Shown here one piece after another: positions 17,660 through 28,122 of a DNA stretch of 64,000 bases. The notes beneath the pieces are model-generated. The model worked only from the letters and a program-made list of their open reading frames with translations, had not been told where the DNA came from and ran no database searches. This DNA comes from an uncultured Gammaproteobacteria bacterium. GTDB taxonomy: Bacteria > Pseudomonadota > Gammaproteobacteria > JAADHQ01. The stretch's first letter is position 1. The number at the start of each line of letters is the position of its first letter. Location of the stretch: assembly GCA_947258755.1 (NCBI GenBank), contig CAMYJO010000003.1, forward strand, positions 50,871-114,870. Direction: 5' to 3'. Position numbers and translations under genes: made by a program.

Positions 17660-18403
17660 TTAATCTTTGGATTTAGGGAAAAACTCAGACATCCGTGCCC
17701 GTAGCCTGATTAATGCCTGGCCATGGATCTGACAGACCCTTGACTCACTGACTCCCAAAACCTCTCCAATCTCTCTTAAATTCAATTCTTCATCATAATA
17801 AAGTGACATCACCAGGCGCTCTCTTTCCGGCAGACCAGAGATAGAATCCGATAAGCCCTGCTGGAAGTCCTCGTTCTGCAATGACTCCATAGGTCCCTGC
17901 TGTTTAGTTTCGACAACAGAATCACAACCACCGTCTTCACCGAAAAAGCCTGGATCCTCAAAGCTGAATACCCGACAGCCAGCCGCATCCTGCAGGATCT
18001 GATGATATTCTTCGATATCCATTTCCAGTTTCTCTGCCACTTCGTGATCACGTGCATCACGTCCCATTTCGTTTTCAATCTGTCTTACAGCTTCAGACAC
18101 CATTCTGACCTTGCGATGCACCGATCTTGGCGTCCAGTCCGAGCGCCTGATCTCGTCCAGCATTGAACCGCGAATACGTATACCGGCATAGGTCTCGAAG
18201 CTGGCACCCTGCTGCGGATTATAGTTTTTCGAAGCCTCCAACAGTCCAATCATACCGGCCTGGATCAGGTCTTCGACCTGCACACTGGAGGGCAAACGAC
18301 TGACCAGATGGTAGGCAATACGCTTTACCAGCCCGACGTGTTTCTCGACCAAATTGTGTTGTTCAGTTGGGTCCTTAGTCACAAACATAGCGTATCCGTT
18401 CAT
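17660..18403 (-). CDS. fliA: Flagellar sigma factor FliA (sigma28)
   Basis: The 247-aa ORF has sigma70 regions 2/3/4 (LVKRIAYHL, EDLIQAGMIGLLEA, LREIGEVLGVSESRVCQIHGQAL). Its ATGA start overlaps the fleN stop. Confidence 0.9.
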   Translation of the reverse strand: MNGYAMFVTKDPTEQHNLVEKHVGLVKRIAYHLVSRLPSSVQVEDLIQAGMIGLLEASKNYNPQQGASFETYAGIRIRGSMLDEIRRSDWTPRSVHRKVRMVSEAVRQIENEMGRDARDHEVAEKLEMDIEEYHQILQDAAGCRVFSFEDPGFFGEDGGCDSVVETKQQGPMESLQNEDFQQGLSDSISGLPERERLVMSLYYDEELNLREIGEVLGVSESRVCQIHGQALIRLRARMSEFFPKSKD

Positions 18404-19287
18404 ATCCTTGACTCCGTTTTTACCTGATGTGAACGTATTAGTCGTTCTACAAAAAATTCCAGATGTCCTGCTGCTGCATCGGGTCTAGGCCACTTATCGG
18501 CCTTTTGTGCTAGATTCTTGAATGCCATGGCTGATCTACTCCTCGGATAGGCATCTACGACCGGCTTTTGCTTCTTGATGGCCTTACGTAGATAGTCGTC
18601 ATAAGGGACTGTGCCCATATTTATTAAGGTTGCATCCAGATAACGATCTGTGACAGCAACCAGTTTGTTATACAACTCACGGGCTTCCTGGGCCGAGTGA
18701 GTCATATTTGATAAAACCCTGAATTTTTGTACGCCATATTCGCTGTTCAACACCTTGATTAAGGCATAGGCATCAGTCAGCGAGGCCGGTTCGTCGCAGA
18801 CTACGACAACCACCTCCTGAGAGGCCTTGGCAAAGGCGATGACGCTATCTGAAATACCTGCCGCGGTATCGATGATCAACACGTCAACGTCATGACTGAT
18901 TTCGCTGAAGGCCCTGATAACACCTGCATTTTCCATCGGTGTCAGCTCGGACATCTGCTTAATTCCTGAGGCCGCCGGGATGATTTTGACCCCACCGGGT
19001 CCTTCGACAATGACCTCTTCCAGGGTGCGCTCACCCTGTAAGACATGATAAAGATTATGTACGGGTTTCAGACCCAGCATGATGTCGACATTGGCCAGAC
19101 CCAGATCGGCATCCATGATCAACACCTTTTTACCGGTATCGGCAATCGCCAGCGCCAGATTGACGGACACATTGGTCTTACCGACCCCACCCTTGCCACT
19201 GGAGACGGCGATGACCTGTACCGGTTTTGGCTGCGAGATACGGCGCAGTCCTGCTGCCTGGTCAAGCACTTCTTCAGACATTAGCAT
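18400..19287 (-). CDS. fleN: Flagellar number regulator FleN/FlhG (MinD-like ATPase)
   Basis: A Walker A motif (SGKGGVGKTNVSVNLA) is present. It overlaps the flhF 3' end. Confidence 0.9.
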   Translation of the reverse strand: MLMSEEVLDQAAGLRRISQPKPVQVIAVSSGKGGVGKTNVSVNLALAIADTGKKVLIMDADLGLANVDIMLGLKPVHNLYHVLQGERTLEEVIVEGPGGVKIIPAASGIKQMSELTPMENAGVIRAFSEISHDVDVLIIDTAAGISDSVIAFAKASQEVVVVVCDEPASLTDAYALIKVLNSEYGVQKFRVLSNMTHSAQEARELYNKLVAVTDRYLDATLINMGTVPYDDYLRKAIKKQKPVVDAYPRSRSAMAFKNLAQKADKWPRPDAAAGHLEFFVERLIRSHQVKTESRI

Positions 19288-20509
19288 TAGCCACTTTCCT
19301 GTTTAAAATCGGTTGGTTATAATATTTTTCTGATGTATTTTCTTGTTCTTGCATCATCTGCAGTGCACGGCTTACCAGGCTATGGGCCCTGGCCGGATGC
19401 ATGTCTTCCGGCACCCGCTGGCCATCACTGATATAGGCCACTGGCAGCTGATAGCGAAGAATGGTCGATAAGGCCCCACCCAAACTGGTGGTCTCGTCGA
19501 TCTTGGTCAGGATGCAACCTTCAAGTCGGGCGCGGCCAAAGGAACGCATCACATCCTGCAGGCTACTGGACTGGGTATTGGCGGCCATGACCAGATAGGT
19601 CCTGATATCAAATTGGCTGTCATTCAAGGTTTGCAACTGCTCTGTCAGGTGGATATCGCGCTGGCTCATGCCGGCGGTATCGATCAGTACCAGACGTTTA
19701 TCGGCCAGATCACGCAGCCGTTTTGACAGCTCTTCAGCATCATTGACGGCATAGGTAGGGACGTCCAGGATGCGACCAAAATTCATTAACTGTTCTTGCG
19801 CGCCAATGCGGTAGCTATCGGTCGAGATCAGAGCCACCTGTCGGTTTCCATGACGCAGGCTATAACGGGCCGCCAGTTTTGCCACACTGGTGGTCTTGCC
19901 AACACCGGTCGGTCCGACCATGGCAACCACACCTCCATGACTCAGAATATCGTCATCGGTGACATCAATTTGTTCAGATATCAGGCCCAGGGACTGTTGC
20001 CACCCGGCCTCGGTATCCAGATCTGCGGACAACATTGACGCAATCTCCTGACTGAGATCCGCATCAATACCCAAATTTATTAACTTCTGAATGGTCGCTG
20101 CCCTGGCAGGGTCACGACGTTGCAGGTCTGACTGGCTGAACTGTGACAACTGGTTTTCAAGTACGCCACGCAAATGTTTCAGTTCCTGCTTCATCTGAAT
20201 CAGCATCGGGTCTTCCAGCCATTCGGCCTGCGATGCGGTAGCGGCGGCTGTGGCCTGTGGACTGACGCTGGTCGCTTCGGTGTCTGGCGTGCGTTGGCTT
20301 TGTTCTTGTGTAGGACTTTCCTGCTGGTCTCGATCCGCAGATTCATTCATTTTAGAGAATAATGACTCATCATAGTCAATCGCAGAAACAATCTCGATGC
20401 CGCCATTGAGCTTGCGGTTTGATAGTATAACCGCATCAGGGCCCAATTCCTCGCGCACATTTCGAATAGCCTGTCGCATGTCTTTGGCAAAAAAACGCTT
20501 GATTTTCAT
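19274..20509 (-). CDS. flhF: Flagellar placement GTPase FlhF (SRP-type)
   Basis: The N-terminus is MKIKRFFAKDMRQAIRNVREELGPDAVILS. The G-domain has GPTGVGKTT and DTAGMSQ motifs. Confidence 0.9.
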   Translation of the reverse strand: MKIKRFFAKDMRQAIRNVREELGPDAVILSNRKLNGGIEIVSAIDYDESLFSKMNESADRDQQESPTQEQSQRTPDTEATSVSPQATAAATASQAEWLEDPMLIQMKQELKHLRGVLENQLSQFSQSDLQRRDPARAATIQKLINLGIDADLSQEIASMLSADLDTEAGWQQSLGLISEQIDVTDDDILSHGGVVAMVGPTGVGKTTSVAKLAARYSLRHGNRQVALISTDSYRIGAQEQLMNFGRILDVPTYAVNDAEELSKRLRDLADKRLVLIDTAGMSQRDIHLTEQLQTLNDSQFDIRTYLVMAANTQSSSLQDVMRSFGRARLEGCILTKIDETTSLGGALSTILRYQLPVAYISDGQRVPEDMHPARAHSLVSRALQMMQEQENTSEKYYNQPILNRKVANANV

Positions 20510-20574
20510 ACGACCATTAAACCTCTTATGCTTAGGGCAACGTGTTGCCTGTTACTCGATCTCAACATGGTTGT

Positions 20575-22668
20575 CTATGCCGCCGGCAAAGTCTCACCTA
20601 ATGTTGCAATCACCTTAATCTGTTTATCATCGGGCACTTCGTTATAAGACAGCACATGCAGACTCGGGATAGAATGTTTGACCATTTTCGCCAGCCATTC
20701 GCGCAACATGGGTGAAATGATCAATACCGCGGGTTTGCCGCTCAATTCCACCTGTTGCACATTGTCCCTTAGAGATTGAAACAAAGTTTCTGCCAATCCC
20801 GGTTCTATTCCTGCATCGCCTCCTTCGCTTCCCTGTATACTCTGTAGCAATAACTGTTCCAATCCAGGATCCAGCGTCATAACCACTAATTCCGGATCCA
20901 TGCCATTGATATTCTGTACAATTGCCTGTTTCAGTGCTGCCCGCACAGCCATCGTCAACATGACGGGCTCTTGACTCTTTGGCGCCTGGGCCGCCAATGT
21001 CTCGGCAATCGAGCGCATATCCCTGATCGGCACCTTCTCTTCCAACAGGTTCTGTAACACGCTGAGAACCGATCCCAGCGGCAATAATTTCGGTACCAGG
21101 TCCTCGACCAGTTTTGGCGCGGTCTTGGCCAGAGCATCCAGCATTTTCTGTACTTCTTCATGACCCAGTAATTGATAGGCATTACTCTGGATAATCTGAC
21201 TCAGGTGCGTGGCCACTACCGTGCTCGGATCAACTACGGTATAGCCCAGGGTTTGGGCCTGCTCACGGTTTGCAGCATCGACCCACACAGCCTCCAGACC
21301 AAAGGCGGGATCGACGCCTTTAAGACCGTCAATTTCCCCGTATACCTGACCCGGGTTGATCGCCAGGAACAGATCAGGGTAGATCTCGGCCTCGCCAGCG
21401 GTGACACCATTAATGGCAATGCGGTAGGAATTAGGTGCCAGATCCAGGTTATCGCGAATATGCACAGCCTGGATAAGAAAACCCAATTCCTGCGATAACT
21501 TGCGACGCACACCCTTGATCCGATTCATTAACTCGCCATCCTGGTTACGATCAACCAACGGGATCAAGCGATAACCCACCTCCAGACCGATAACATCGAC
21601 CGGGCGCACATCGTCCCATGACAAGTCACGCATTTCTGCCGGCACCTCTTCTTCATCGACAGTCTGCTCCTCCTCAACTGGTTTCTGAGACGCCGTTAAT
21701 TGGTAATAGCCAATACCACCGATAACCGCCGCCAGGCTCAAGAAAGCAAAATTCGGCATACCCGGGATAATCCCCATCGAGCCGAGGATACCGCTGGTAA
21801 TGAACAGGATTTTCGGGTTGCCAAACAGTTGGCTAACGGCCTGTTTACCCAGCTCCTGTTGACCTGACACCCGAGTAACAATGATGGCTGCAGATGATGA
21901 AATTAACAGCGCCGGTATTTGCGCCACCAGGCCATCACCGATCGTCAACAGGGTATAATTTCTGACCGCCTCGGACAGCGGCAAATCATGCTGGACCATG
22001 CCTATGGTCAGACCGCCAATAATATTGATAAACAGGATTAGAATACCGGCAACGGCATCACCACGAACAAATTTACTGGCACCGTCCATGGAACCATAAA
22101 AATCAGCTTCACGACGCACTTCATCACGACGTTCACGTGCCTCTTCCTGCGTTAACATGCCAGCATTCATATCCGCATCGATGGCCATCTGTTTTCCAGG
22201 TAAGGCATCCAGGGTAAAACGTGCTGTCACCTCTGCGATACGGCCAGCACCCTTGGTGACCACGACAAAGTTAATAATGACCAGAATAGAGAACACCACC
22301 AGACCCACGGCATAATTACCGCCGATAACAAATTCACCAAAGGCTTCGATAACCTTACCGGCGGCCCCGGTACCGGTGTGACCTTCGAGCAGGACCACGC
22401 GTGTCGACGCAATATTCAGGGCCAGCCTGAACAAGGTAGTGATCAGCAAAATAGCAGGGAAAATGCCAAAATCCAGCGGCCTTAGCACATACACGCCGAC
22501 CAACAATACGATCAAGGACAGCGAGATACTAAAGGTGAAGAACATATCCAGTGCAAAAGGCGGTAATGGAATCACCATCATCGCCAGCAATACCAGGATC
22601 ATGACCGGCACACCCATACCTTGCTGACTGACACGTTGGAAATTTGCTGCTATGCCTGCTTCTGCCAT
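20575..22668 (-). CDS. flhA: Flagellar export apparatus protein FlhA
   Basis: The 697-aa ORF has N-terminal TM helices and the FHIPEP cytoplasmic domain. An AGGGG RBS lies 5 nt before the ATG. Confidence 0.95.
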   Translation of the reverse strand: MAEAGIAANFQRVSQQGMGVPVMILVLLAMMVIPLPPFALDMFFTFSISLSLIVLLVGVYVLRPLDFGIFPAILLITTLFRLALNIASTRVVLLEGHTGTGAAGKVIEAFGEFVIGGNYAVGLVVFSILVIINFVVVTKGAGRIAEVTARFTLDALPGKQMAIDADMNAGMLTQEEARERRDEVRREADFYGSMDGASKFVRGDAVAGILILFINIIGGLTIGMVQHDLPLSEAVRNYTLLTIGDGLVAQIPALLISSSAAIIVTRVSGQQELGKQAVSQLFGNPKILFITSGILGSMGIIPGMPNFAFLSLAAVIGGIGYYQLTASQKPVEEEQTVDEEEVPAEMRDLSWDDVRPVDVIGLEVGYRLIPLVDRNQDGELMNRIKGVRRKLSQELGFLIQAVHIRDNLDLAPNSYRIAINGVTAGEAEIYPDLFLAINPGQVYGEIDGLKGVDPAFGLEAVWVDAANREQAQTLGYTVVDPSTVVATHLSQIIQSNAYQLLGHEEVQKMLDALAKTAPKLVEDLVPKLLPLGSVLSVLQNLLEEKVPIRDMRSIAETLAAQAPKSQEPVMLTMAVRAALKQAIVQNINGMDPELVVMTLDPGLEQLLLQSIQGSEGGDAGIEPGLAETLFQSLRDNVQQVELSGKPAVLIISPMLREWLAKMVKHSIPSLHVLSYNEVPDDKQIKVIATLGETLPAA

Positions 22669-22767
22669 AATGACCCCTAATTAAAACACTTATAAAACAT
22701 ACTGTTAGCGACTCTATTTGTGCAGAGACCTGGAATTCGTCAAAAACCGGTCACTCTAGCTAACTAG

Positions 22768-22783
22768 TGCAATAACTGTACCG
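22768..22783 (-). promoter_or_regulatory. Sigma54 promoter for flhA (minus strand CGGTAC-N5-TTGCA)
   Basis: The reverse complement of tgcaataactgtaccg is CGGTACAGTTATTGCA, with the GG and GC elements at the canonical 12-nt offset. It sits about 100 nt upstream of the flhA ATG. Confidence 0.55.
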
Positions 22784-22791
22784 GGATTTAA

Positions 22792-22912
<121 letters not shown>

Positions 22913-22913
22913 G

Positions 22914-23054
22914 TGTAGGAGCGGCCCTTGGCCGCGATAAAACTCAGACTTGTAGGGGGTTTAATAAGAATAAAGTACTTAACACTAGCTAAGTCAAACC
23001 TTTCGCTAGGTTTGTATCTCTACCTGATTATCGCGGCCAAGGGCCGCTCCTACA
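22914..23054. mobile_element. REP/BIME-like element: perfect 27-bp inverted repeats (TGTAGGAGCGGCCCTTGGCCGCGATAA) flanking an 87-bp spacer
   Basis: The left arm at 22914-22940 is the exact reverse complement of the right arm at 23028-23054. Each arm contains its own GCGGCC-ctt-GGCCGC hairpin. The ends resemble REP ...TTATC...GGCCTACA termini. Confidence 0.45.
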
Positions 23055-23117
23055 GTTAGCTTGAAAGCTATTGGCTTGGTTCGTGGTGAGCTTATACCTT
23101 GCCTAAGTTGACTTGCC

Positions 23118-23152
23118 TAGCCACTCGCCACTCGCCACTCGCCACTCGCCAC
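23118..23152. repeat. 5 tandem heptamers TAGCCAC/TCGCCAC (inverse orientation of the GTGGCTA array), abutting the flhB stop codon
   Basis: tagccac tcgccac x4 lies at 23118-23152 and is the reverse complement of GTGGCTA/GTGGCGA. Confidence 0.9.
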
Positions 23153-24294
23153 TATTTTTTACCTTTCCACATGTCATCGGGTACATCCAGATCGGTTGGC
23201 AGATCAGGCGTTTGCATGCCTGCGGAGGTCGCCTGCTTGAGTTGGTAGATATAGGCCAGGATTTGCGCCACGGCCAGATACAGGCGTGACGGTATTTCCT
23301 GCTCCAACTCAGTTGAGAAGTAAATGGCCCTGGCCAGCGGAGGTGCTGAGACGATAGGCACTTCATTTTCTGCGGCGATTTCCCTGATGCGTGCCGCCAC
23401 CAGTTCCGTTCCTTTGGCCACCAGTTTCGGTGCGCCCATCTTGCCGTCTTCATACTTCAATGCAATTGCGTAATGCGTCGGGTTGGTAATGACCACATCG
23501 GCCTTCGGCACCTCTTCCATCATGCGGCGCATAGCAGCCTCCATTTGCAGACCGCGTATTTTACTCTTGACCTCAGGACTACCTTCCGTACTCTTACGCT
23601 CTTCCTTTACTTCCTTCTTGGTCATGCGTTGCTGCTTTTTATGCTGCCAAATCTGGAAGGGAATATCGATGGCCGAAATAATAATGATCGTCGAACAGAC
23701 CGCAAGAAAATACCAGGCGGTCATCTCTGTTGTCTTCGAATATGCAGTAGCAAATTCGTAATGACCGATACGCAGGATATCATCAAACAATTTAATGATA
23801 AGCAGCGCACCCAAGCCCCCTACCAATCCCACTTTTAGCAGCGATTTGGCCAACTCCATCAAGCCCTGGGTGCCAAAAAGTTTTTTAGCTCCCTTAAGCG
23901 GGCTCATATTCGACAACTTGGGTTTGATCTTTTTAGCGGAAAAAGTAAAACCGCCAATCATCATGGGGCTAAGAAATACAGAGATGACCATCAAGCTAAT
24001 CAAGGGTGAAATCAGAATAAAGGCATCCAGTAATGTACTAAACAGGTTCTTAATTGCCATCATCGGCTCGTAGATCATACGCCGATCAATACTCAAGGAC
24101 GAGCGCACTATTTCCGCCAGGCCATCACCGATGCCACGCCCCATGGTCAACAAGCCGATTGCCGATGCCATCAGGATCAAAGTCGTGTTTAATTCACGTG
24201 ACCGCGGAACCTCCCCCTTTTGTTTCGATTCCTGCAGCCGTTTTGCGGTGGGTTCCTCACTTTTTTCTTGACCGTCTTGGTTTTCTGCAGCCAT
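23152..24294 (-). CDS. flhB: Flagellar export switch protein FlhB
   Basis: The 380-aa ORF has an N-terminus EKSEEPTAKRLQESKQKGEVPRSRE. It also has the NPTH autocleavage motif (VVITNPTHYAIAL). Confidence 0.95.
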   Translation of the reverse strand: MAAENQDGQEKSEEPTAKRLQESKQKGEVPRSRELNTTLILMASAIGLLTMGRGIGDGLAEIVRSSLSIDRRMIYEPMMAIKNLFSTLLDAFILISPLISLMVISVFLSPMMIGGFTFSAKKIKPKLSNMSPLKGAKKLFGTQGLMELAKSLLKVGLVGGLGALLIIKLFDDILRIGHYEFATAYSKTTEMTAWYFLAVCSTIIIISAIDIPFQIWQHKKQQRMTKKEVKEERKSTEGSPEVKSKIRGLQMEAAMRRMMEEVPKADVVITNPTHYAIALKYEDGKMGAPKLVAKGTELVAARIREIAAENEVPIVSAPPLARAIYFSTELEQEIPSRLYLAVAQILAYIYQLKQATSAGMQTPDLPTDLDVPDDMWKGKK

Positions 24295-25080
24295 TTAGTT
24301 GGCCTCCAATATTAGGCTCATGGTGTCGAAGGCCTGTTGGATTAATTGCATAAAACGCGGTAAGAGATTCGGCAAGGTCAGGAAAATAACCAGGAATCCT
24401 GCTGCCATAGTTGTCGGAAAACCAACAGCAAATATATTTAACTGCGGCGCTGCTTTGGTCATGACACCGAAAGCAATATTAATCAGCGTTATAATCATGA
24501 TCGCAGGTAATGCAATCAGGATACCACCCATAAATACTCGACTACCCCACAAGGCAACCTGCAGCAAACTATCGGATGTTAAGCCAACTGGAGCGACCGG
24601 CATGCTGGTAAAACTATCAACCACCACCTGGATCAGGATCAAATGGCCGTTTACGGACAGAAATAACAAGGTACCAATAATAGTAAACAATGTACTCAAC
24701 ACCGGCACCTGTACGCCATTGACCGGATCAACCATATTAGCAAAACCAAGACCCATCGGCATCGCAGTGCTGCTACCACCTAATGTCAGTGCTGTGAAAG
24801 CCAGCTGCAGTAAAAAACCCATGGCCAGGCCCAGCAAAATTTGCTGCAACATCACCAACAGGCCGGCCGCAGAAAAAGGATCGATATAGGTGATGGGTGG
24901 CAACAAGGGAACAACAAGCGCGGTAATCGCCAGTGACAAAATCAAACGCACCTTGACCGGCACCACATTGGTCGCGCCAAACACCGGCGCGGCCATTAAT
25001 ACCGTACTAATACGAACAAAGGGCCAGAAATAGCTACTGATAAGATTAACCATTTCCGTGCTACTAAAGGTCATCGACAA
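24295..25080 (-). CDS. fliR: Flagellar export apparatus protein FliR
   Basis: The 261-aa ORF is a polytopic membrane protein. It has a TTG start at 25080 or an ATG at 25074. Confidence 0.9.
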   Translation of the reverse strand: MSMTFSSTEMVNLISSYFWPFVRISTVLMAAPVFGATNVVPVKVRLILSLAITALVVPLLPPITYIDPFSAAGLLVMLQQILLGLAMGFLLQLAFTALTLGGSSTAMPMGLGFANMVDPVNGVQVPVLSTLFTIIGTLLFLSVNGHLILIQVVVDSFTSMPVAPVGLTSDSLLQVALWGSRVFMGGILIALPAIMIITLINIAFGVMTKAAPQLNIFAVGFPTTMAAGFLVIFLTLPNLLPRFMQLIQQAFDTMSLILEAN

Positions 25081-25350
25081 TCAGCCTATAAGATCAGGAA
25101 TATCTTCAAACATCTGAACCATAAAATCCGAAATCAGGTTCAACATCCATGGGCCACCGACGGCCAGCACCAAAGCCAGAACAATGAGTTTAGGTATGAA
25201 ACTCAGGGTCATTTCCTGTATAGAGGTTACAGTTTGAAACATACCGACTATCAAACCGACAATAAGCACAGAGATCAACATGGGTGCAGACAATAATGCC
25301 GTCACCTTCAGTGCTTGCTGGCCTACCTCAAGTACTGTATCAGGTGTCAT
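25081..25350 (-). CDS. fliQ: Flagellar export apparatus protein FliQ
   Basis: The 89-aa ORF has two TM helices. Confidence 0.9.
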   Translation of the reverse strand: MTPDTVLEVGQQALKVTALLSAPMLISVLIVGLIVGMFQTVTSIQEMTLSFIPKLIVLALVLAVGGPWMLNLISDFMVQMFEDIPDLIG

Positions 25351-25359
25351 TGACGTCTC

Positions 25360-26100
25360 CTAGACAGCAAAGCTGGCGACCAGTGTGCCCATAATCAGGG
25401 ACCAACCATCTACCAGAACAAATAACATTAATTTAAACGGCATCGAAATCAACATCGGCGACAACATCATCATACCCATTGACATCAATACACTAGCAAC
25501 CACCAGGTCAATAACAACAAACGGTACAAAAATCAGAAAACCGATTTGGAATGCTGTTTTCAATTCACTGGTAACGAACGCAGGCACCAGAATCGACAGT
25601 GGAATGTCCTCGGGTGTTTCAAAACCTTCCTTGTTGGCAAAACCGCTAAATAGCGCCAGGTCTGACTCTCGGGTCTGCTCCATCATGAAAGTGGATATGG
25701 GCGCCTTGACCTTTTCGAATGCAACTTCCGCTGAAATCTTATCGTCCATATAAGGCTGTACGGCATCCGTATAACTCTTTTCCAGAACCGGCATCATGAT
25801 AAAAAGACTCAGAAACAAGGACAGACCCAGGATAATTTGCGAAGAAGGAACCTGTTGGGTTCCCAGTGCAGTCCTCAATATAGACAGCACAATGACTATG
25901 CGGGTGAATGAGGTCATCATCATCACGGCTGCTGGAATAAACGTCAGCGCCGTCATCAGGAACAAAATCCTCAAAGTAACCGAGTATTCCTGGCCACCGG
26001 ATTCTGTTGGCGCCGAAGTTACCAATGTAAGACCCTGCTCCGCCATTGCTACATTACTGCACAACAGCAAGAATACGAAAAATAGAAATGATCGTTTCAT
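25360..26100 (-). CDS. fliP: Flagellar export apparatus protein FliP
   Basis: The start was chosen at [20 protein letters not shown] (signal peptide), with the ATG at 26098-26100 overlapping the fliO stop. The track ORF extends further 5'. Confidence 0.9.
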   Translation of the reverse strand: MKRSFLFFVFLLLCSNVAMAEQGLTLVTSAPTESGGQEYSVTLRILFLMTALTFIPAAVMMMTSFTRIVIVLSILRTALGTQQVPSSQIILGLSLFLSLFIMMPVLEKSYTDAVQPYMDDKISAEVAFEKVKAPISTFMMEQTRESDLALFSGFANKEGFETPEDIPLSILVPAFVTSELKTAFQIGFLIFVPFVVIDLVVASVLMSMGMMMLSPMLISMPFKLMLFVLVDGWSLIMGTLVASFAV

Positions 26101-26101
26101 A

Positions 26102-26593
26102 TCATTTCTCTTTATTGACAATTGATTTAAGACGATCTGCAAAACTGCCGGCAGAAAAATCGCTAACATCTGAATCCTGTATCGGCTTATCAAGCACATG
26201 CAGTGTCTGTATCCTGCCTGGTGCAACACCCAGCAATAACTGCTGTTCACCTACCTGGACGAGCACGACGCGCTCACGCGTCCCCATCGACAAGCCACCG
26301 ACTACCTTCATCAGGGCATTGGGCTTGGGTGCCGTCCCATTCATGCGCCGCATGATCCATGCCAACATAAAGATAACTGCAATGACAATCAGCAGTGAAA
26401 AGACCACGCCAAATACACTGTCACCGGTAACAGCCGACTGCTTTGCCGGTGTCGACTCAGGTAATTTAAGCGTTTTAGCGGTTTCTGCCAGGACTTGCTC
26501 AACATTTACAACTAATAACGATAAGCCGCCAATAAATTGCGCCAAGCTGCGCTTAGCTAGAAATTGACTGAATACTTTTGCACTTCGCTTCAT
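26102..26593 (-). CDS. fliO: Flagellar protein FliO
   Basis: The 163-aa ORF has a single TM helix. It occupies the conserved position between fliN and fliP. Confidence 0.8.
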   Translation of the reverse strand: MKRSAKVFSQFLAKRSLAQFIGGLSLLVVNVEQVLAETAKTLKLPESTPAKQSAVTGDSVFGVVFSLLIVIAVIFMLAWIMRRMNGTAPKPNALMKVVGGLSMGTRERVVLVQVGEQQLLLGVAPGRIQTLHVLDKPIQDSDVSDFSAGSFADRLKSIVNKEK

Positions 26594-26642
26594 GATAAAT
26601 CATCCAATGACGTTAACTTTATTTCAAATTACTGCACTGTTG

Positions 26643-27119
26643 TTAACGTAGCTTTTTAACTCTTTCCTGCGGACTGATAATATCAGTCAAACGGATACCG
26701 AATTTCTCATTGACGACGACTACCTCGCCATGCGCTACTAGTGTTCCATTCACCATCACATCCATTGGTTCACCGGCAAGACGATCCAGTTCTATTACCG
26801 AACCCTGATTAAGCTGCAAGAGATTGCGTATACTGATCTCGGTGCGACCAATTTCCATTGACAAGGTAACCGGGATTTCGAGAATCACATCCAAATTCAC
26901 TTCATCGGCACTGATCACTGCATCGGCCTGTAATGGCTGCATCTCTGCGGTCTCAATATTATCTCCAACTGCGTCTGCTTCCGCATCGGCCTGCTCATTC
27001 AAGGCATCGCCCCAGTCATCAGCGGCTCCAGCTTCTGCGTCGGCCTGCTCATTCAAGGCATCACCCCAGTCATCGGCTGCTGATTCCTGGCTTTCTACTT
27101 CATCCACTTCATCACTCAT
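26643..27119 (-). CDS. fliN: Flagellar C-ring protein FliN
   Basis: The C-terminal SpoA domain is PVTLSMEIGRTEISIRNLLQLNQGSVIELDRLAGEPMDVMVNGTLVAHGEVVVV. The N-terminus carries an acidic 18-aa duplication. Confidence 0.9.
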   Translation of the reverse strand: MSDEVDEVESQESAADDWGDALNEQADAEAGAADDWGDALNEQADAEADAVGDNIETAEMQPLQADAVISADEVNLDVILEIPVTLSMEIGRTEISIRNLLQLNQGSVIELDRLAGEPMDVMVNGTLVAHGEVVVVNEKFGIRLTDIISPQERVKKLR

Positions 27120-27146
27120 TACATTTCTCCTGAATGTATCTCAGGT

Positions 27147-28121
27147 TTAACTTACCAGTTTAATTTTTTCGGTTATCTTGACGGCCTTATTCCCGCGTGC
27201 GACCCCGAATTTCCCTTTATACAACGGCATATCCTTGACACTGATCAACACATCATCCGGCGTATCAATCGAAATAATATCCCCTTCATTGAAATTCAGA
27301 ACATCTTGCAAACTGATTTTCTTGTCAACCATTGTTGTTGTCAGAGCAATTTTTGCCTCTTTCATTTCTTCCTGTAACGAAGCCGACCAACGTTCATCAA
27401 TATCAGAGCGGTCACTTTGCACACCAGCGTCTAACTCTTCCCTGATTGGTTCGATCATGGAATAAGGGAAGGCAACATGCATCTCGCCACCGCCACCATC
27501 CAGCTCGATATGAAAGGTGGTGACAATGACGACCTCAGTAGGGCTGACGATATTGGCAAATTGCGGATTAACTTCTGAATTCAGGTATTCAAATTCTACC
27601 GGCATAACAGGCAACCATGCCTCTTGCAGATCTTCAAATGACTGCTTTAACAGCATCATAATGACCCTGTTCTCAGTCGGCGTGAAATCCCTACCCTCGA
27701 TTTTTGCATGCCTGCCAGAACCACCAAAAAAGTTATCTACGAGGATAAAAACCAACTTGGGATCAATGACGAACAGGCCAGTACCGCGTAGCGGATTGAC
27801 CTTGACCAGATTCAAACTGGTCGGTACAAAAAGACTATGAATGTATTCACCAAACTTCATCATCTGCACACCGCCCACGGCTATCTCCGCAGTACGGCGC
27901 AGCATATTGAACAGACTGATGCGAAAATATCGAGCAAAACGCTCATTGATCATTTCCAGGGTTGGTAAACGTCCGCGTACGATCCGGTCTTGACTATTAA
28001 AGTCATACGATGAAGCTGAACCATCTTCAATACCTTCATCACCACCGGTATCGACCTCATCTCCGCTTACGCCATGGAGTAATGCGTCAATCTCGTCCTG
28101 TGATAGTAGGTCTGATCCCAT
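27147..28121 (-). CDS. fliM: Flagellar C-ring protein FliM
   Basis: The N-terminus is LSQDEIDALL (the CheY-P binding motif). Confidence 0.95.
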   Translation of the reverse strand: MGSDLLSQDEIDALLHGVSGDEVDTGGDEGIEDGSASSYDFNSQDRIVRGRLPTLEMINERFARYFRISLFNMLRRTAEIAVGGVQMMKFGEYIHSLFVPTSLNLVKVNPLRGTGLFVIDPKLVFILVDNFFGGSGRHAKIEGRDFTPTENRVIMMLLKQSFEDLQEAWLPVMPVEFEYLNSEVNPQFANIVSPTEVVIVTTFHIELDGGGGEMHVAFPYSMIEPIREELDAGVQSDRSDIDERWSASLQEEMKEAKIALTTTMVDKKISLQDVLNFNEGDIISIDTPDDVLISVKDMPLYKGKFGVARGNKAVKITEKIKLVS

Positions 28122-28122
28122 G

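Noticed and set aside
20541-20556. Hairpin GGCAA-cgtg-TTGCC between flhA and flhF.
   Set aside because: The stem is short with no adjacent U-tract. It is not a convincing terminator and could be a protein site, but there is no evidence.
26983-27090. 54-bp direct duplication inside fliN.
   Set aside because: It is an in-frame duplication of the acidic DDWGDALNEQADAEA linker segment of the protein. It is not a mobile element or regulatory site.
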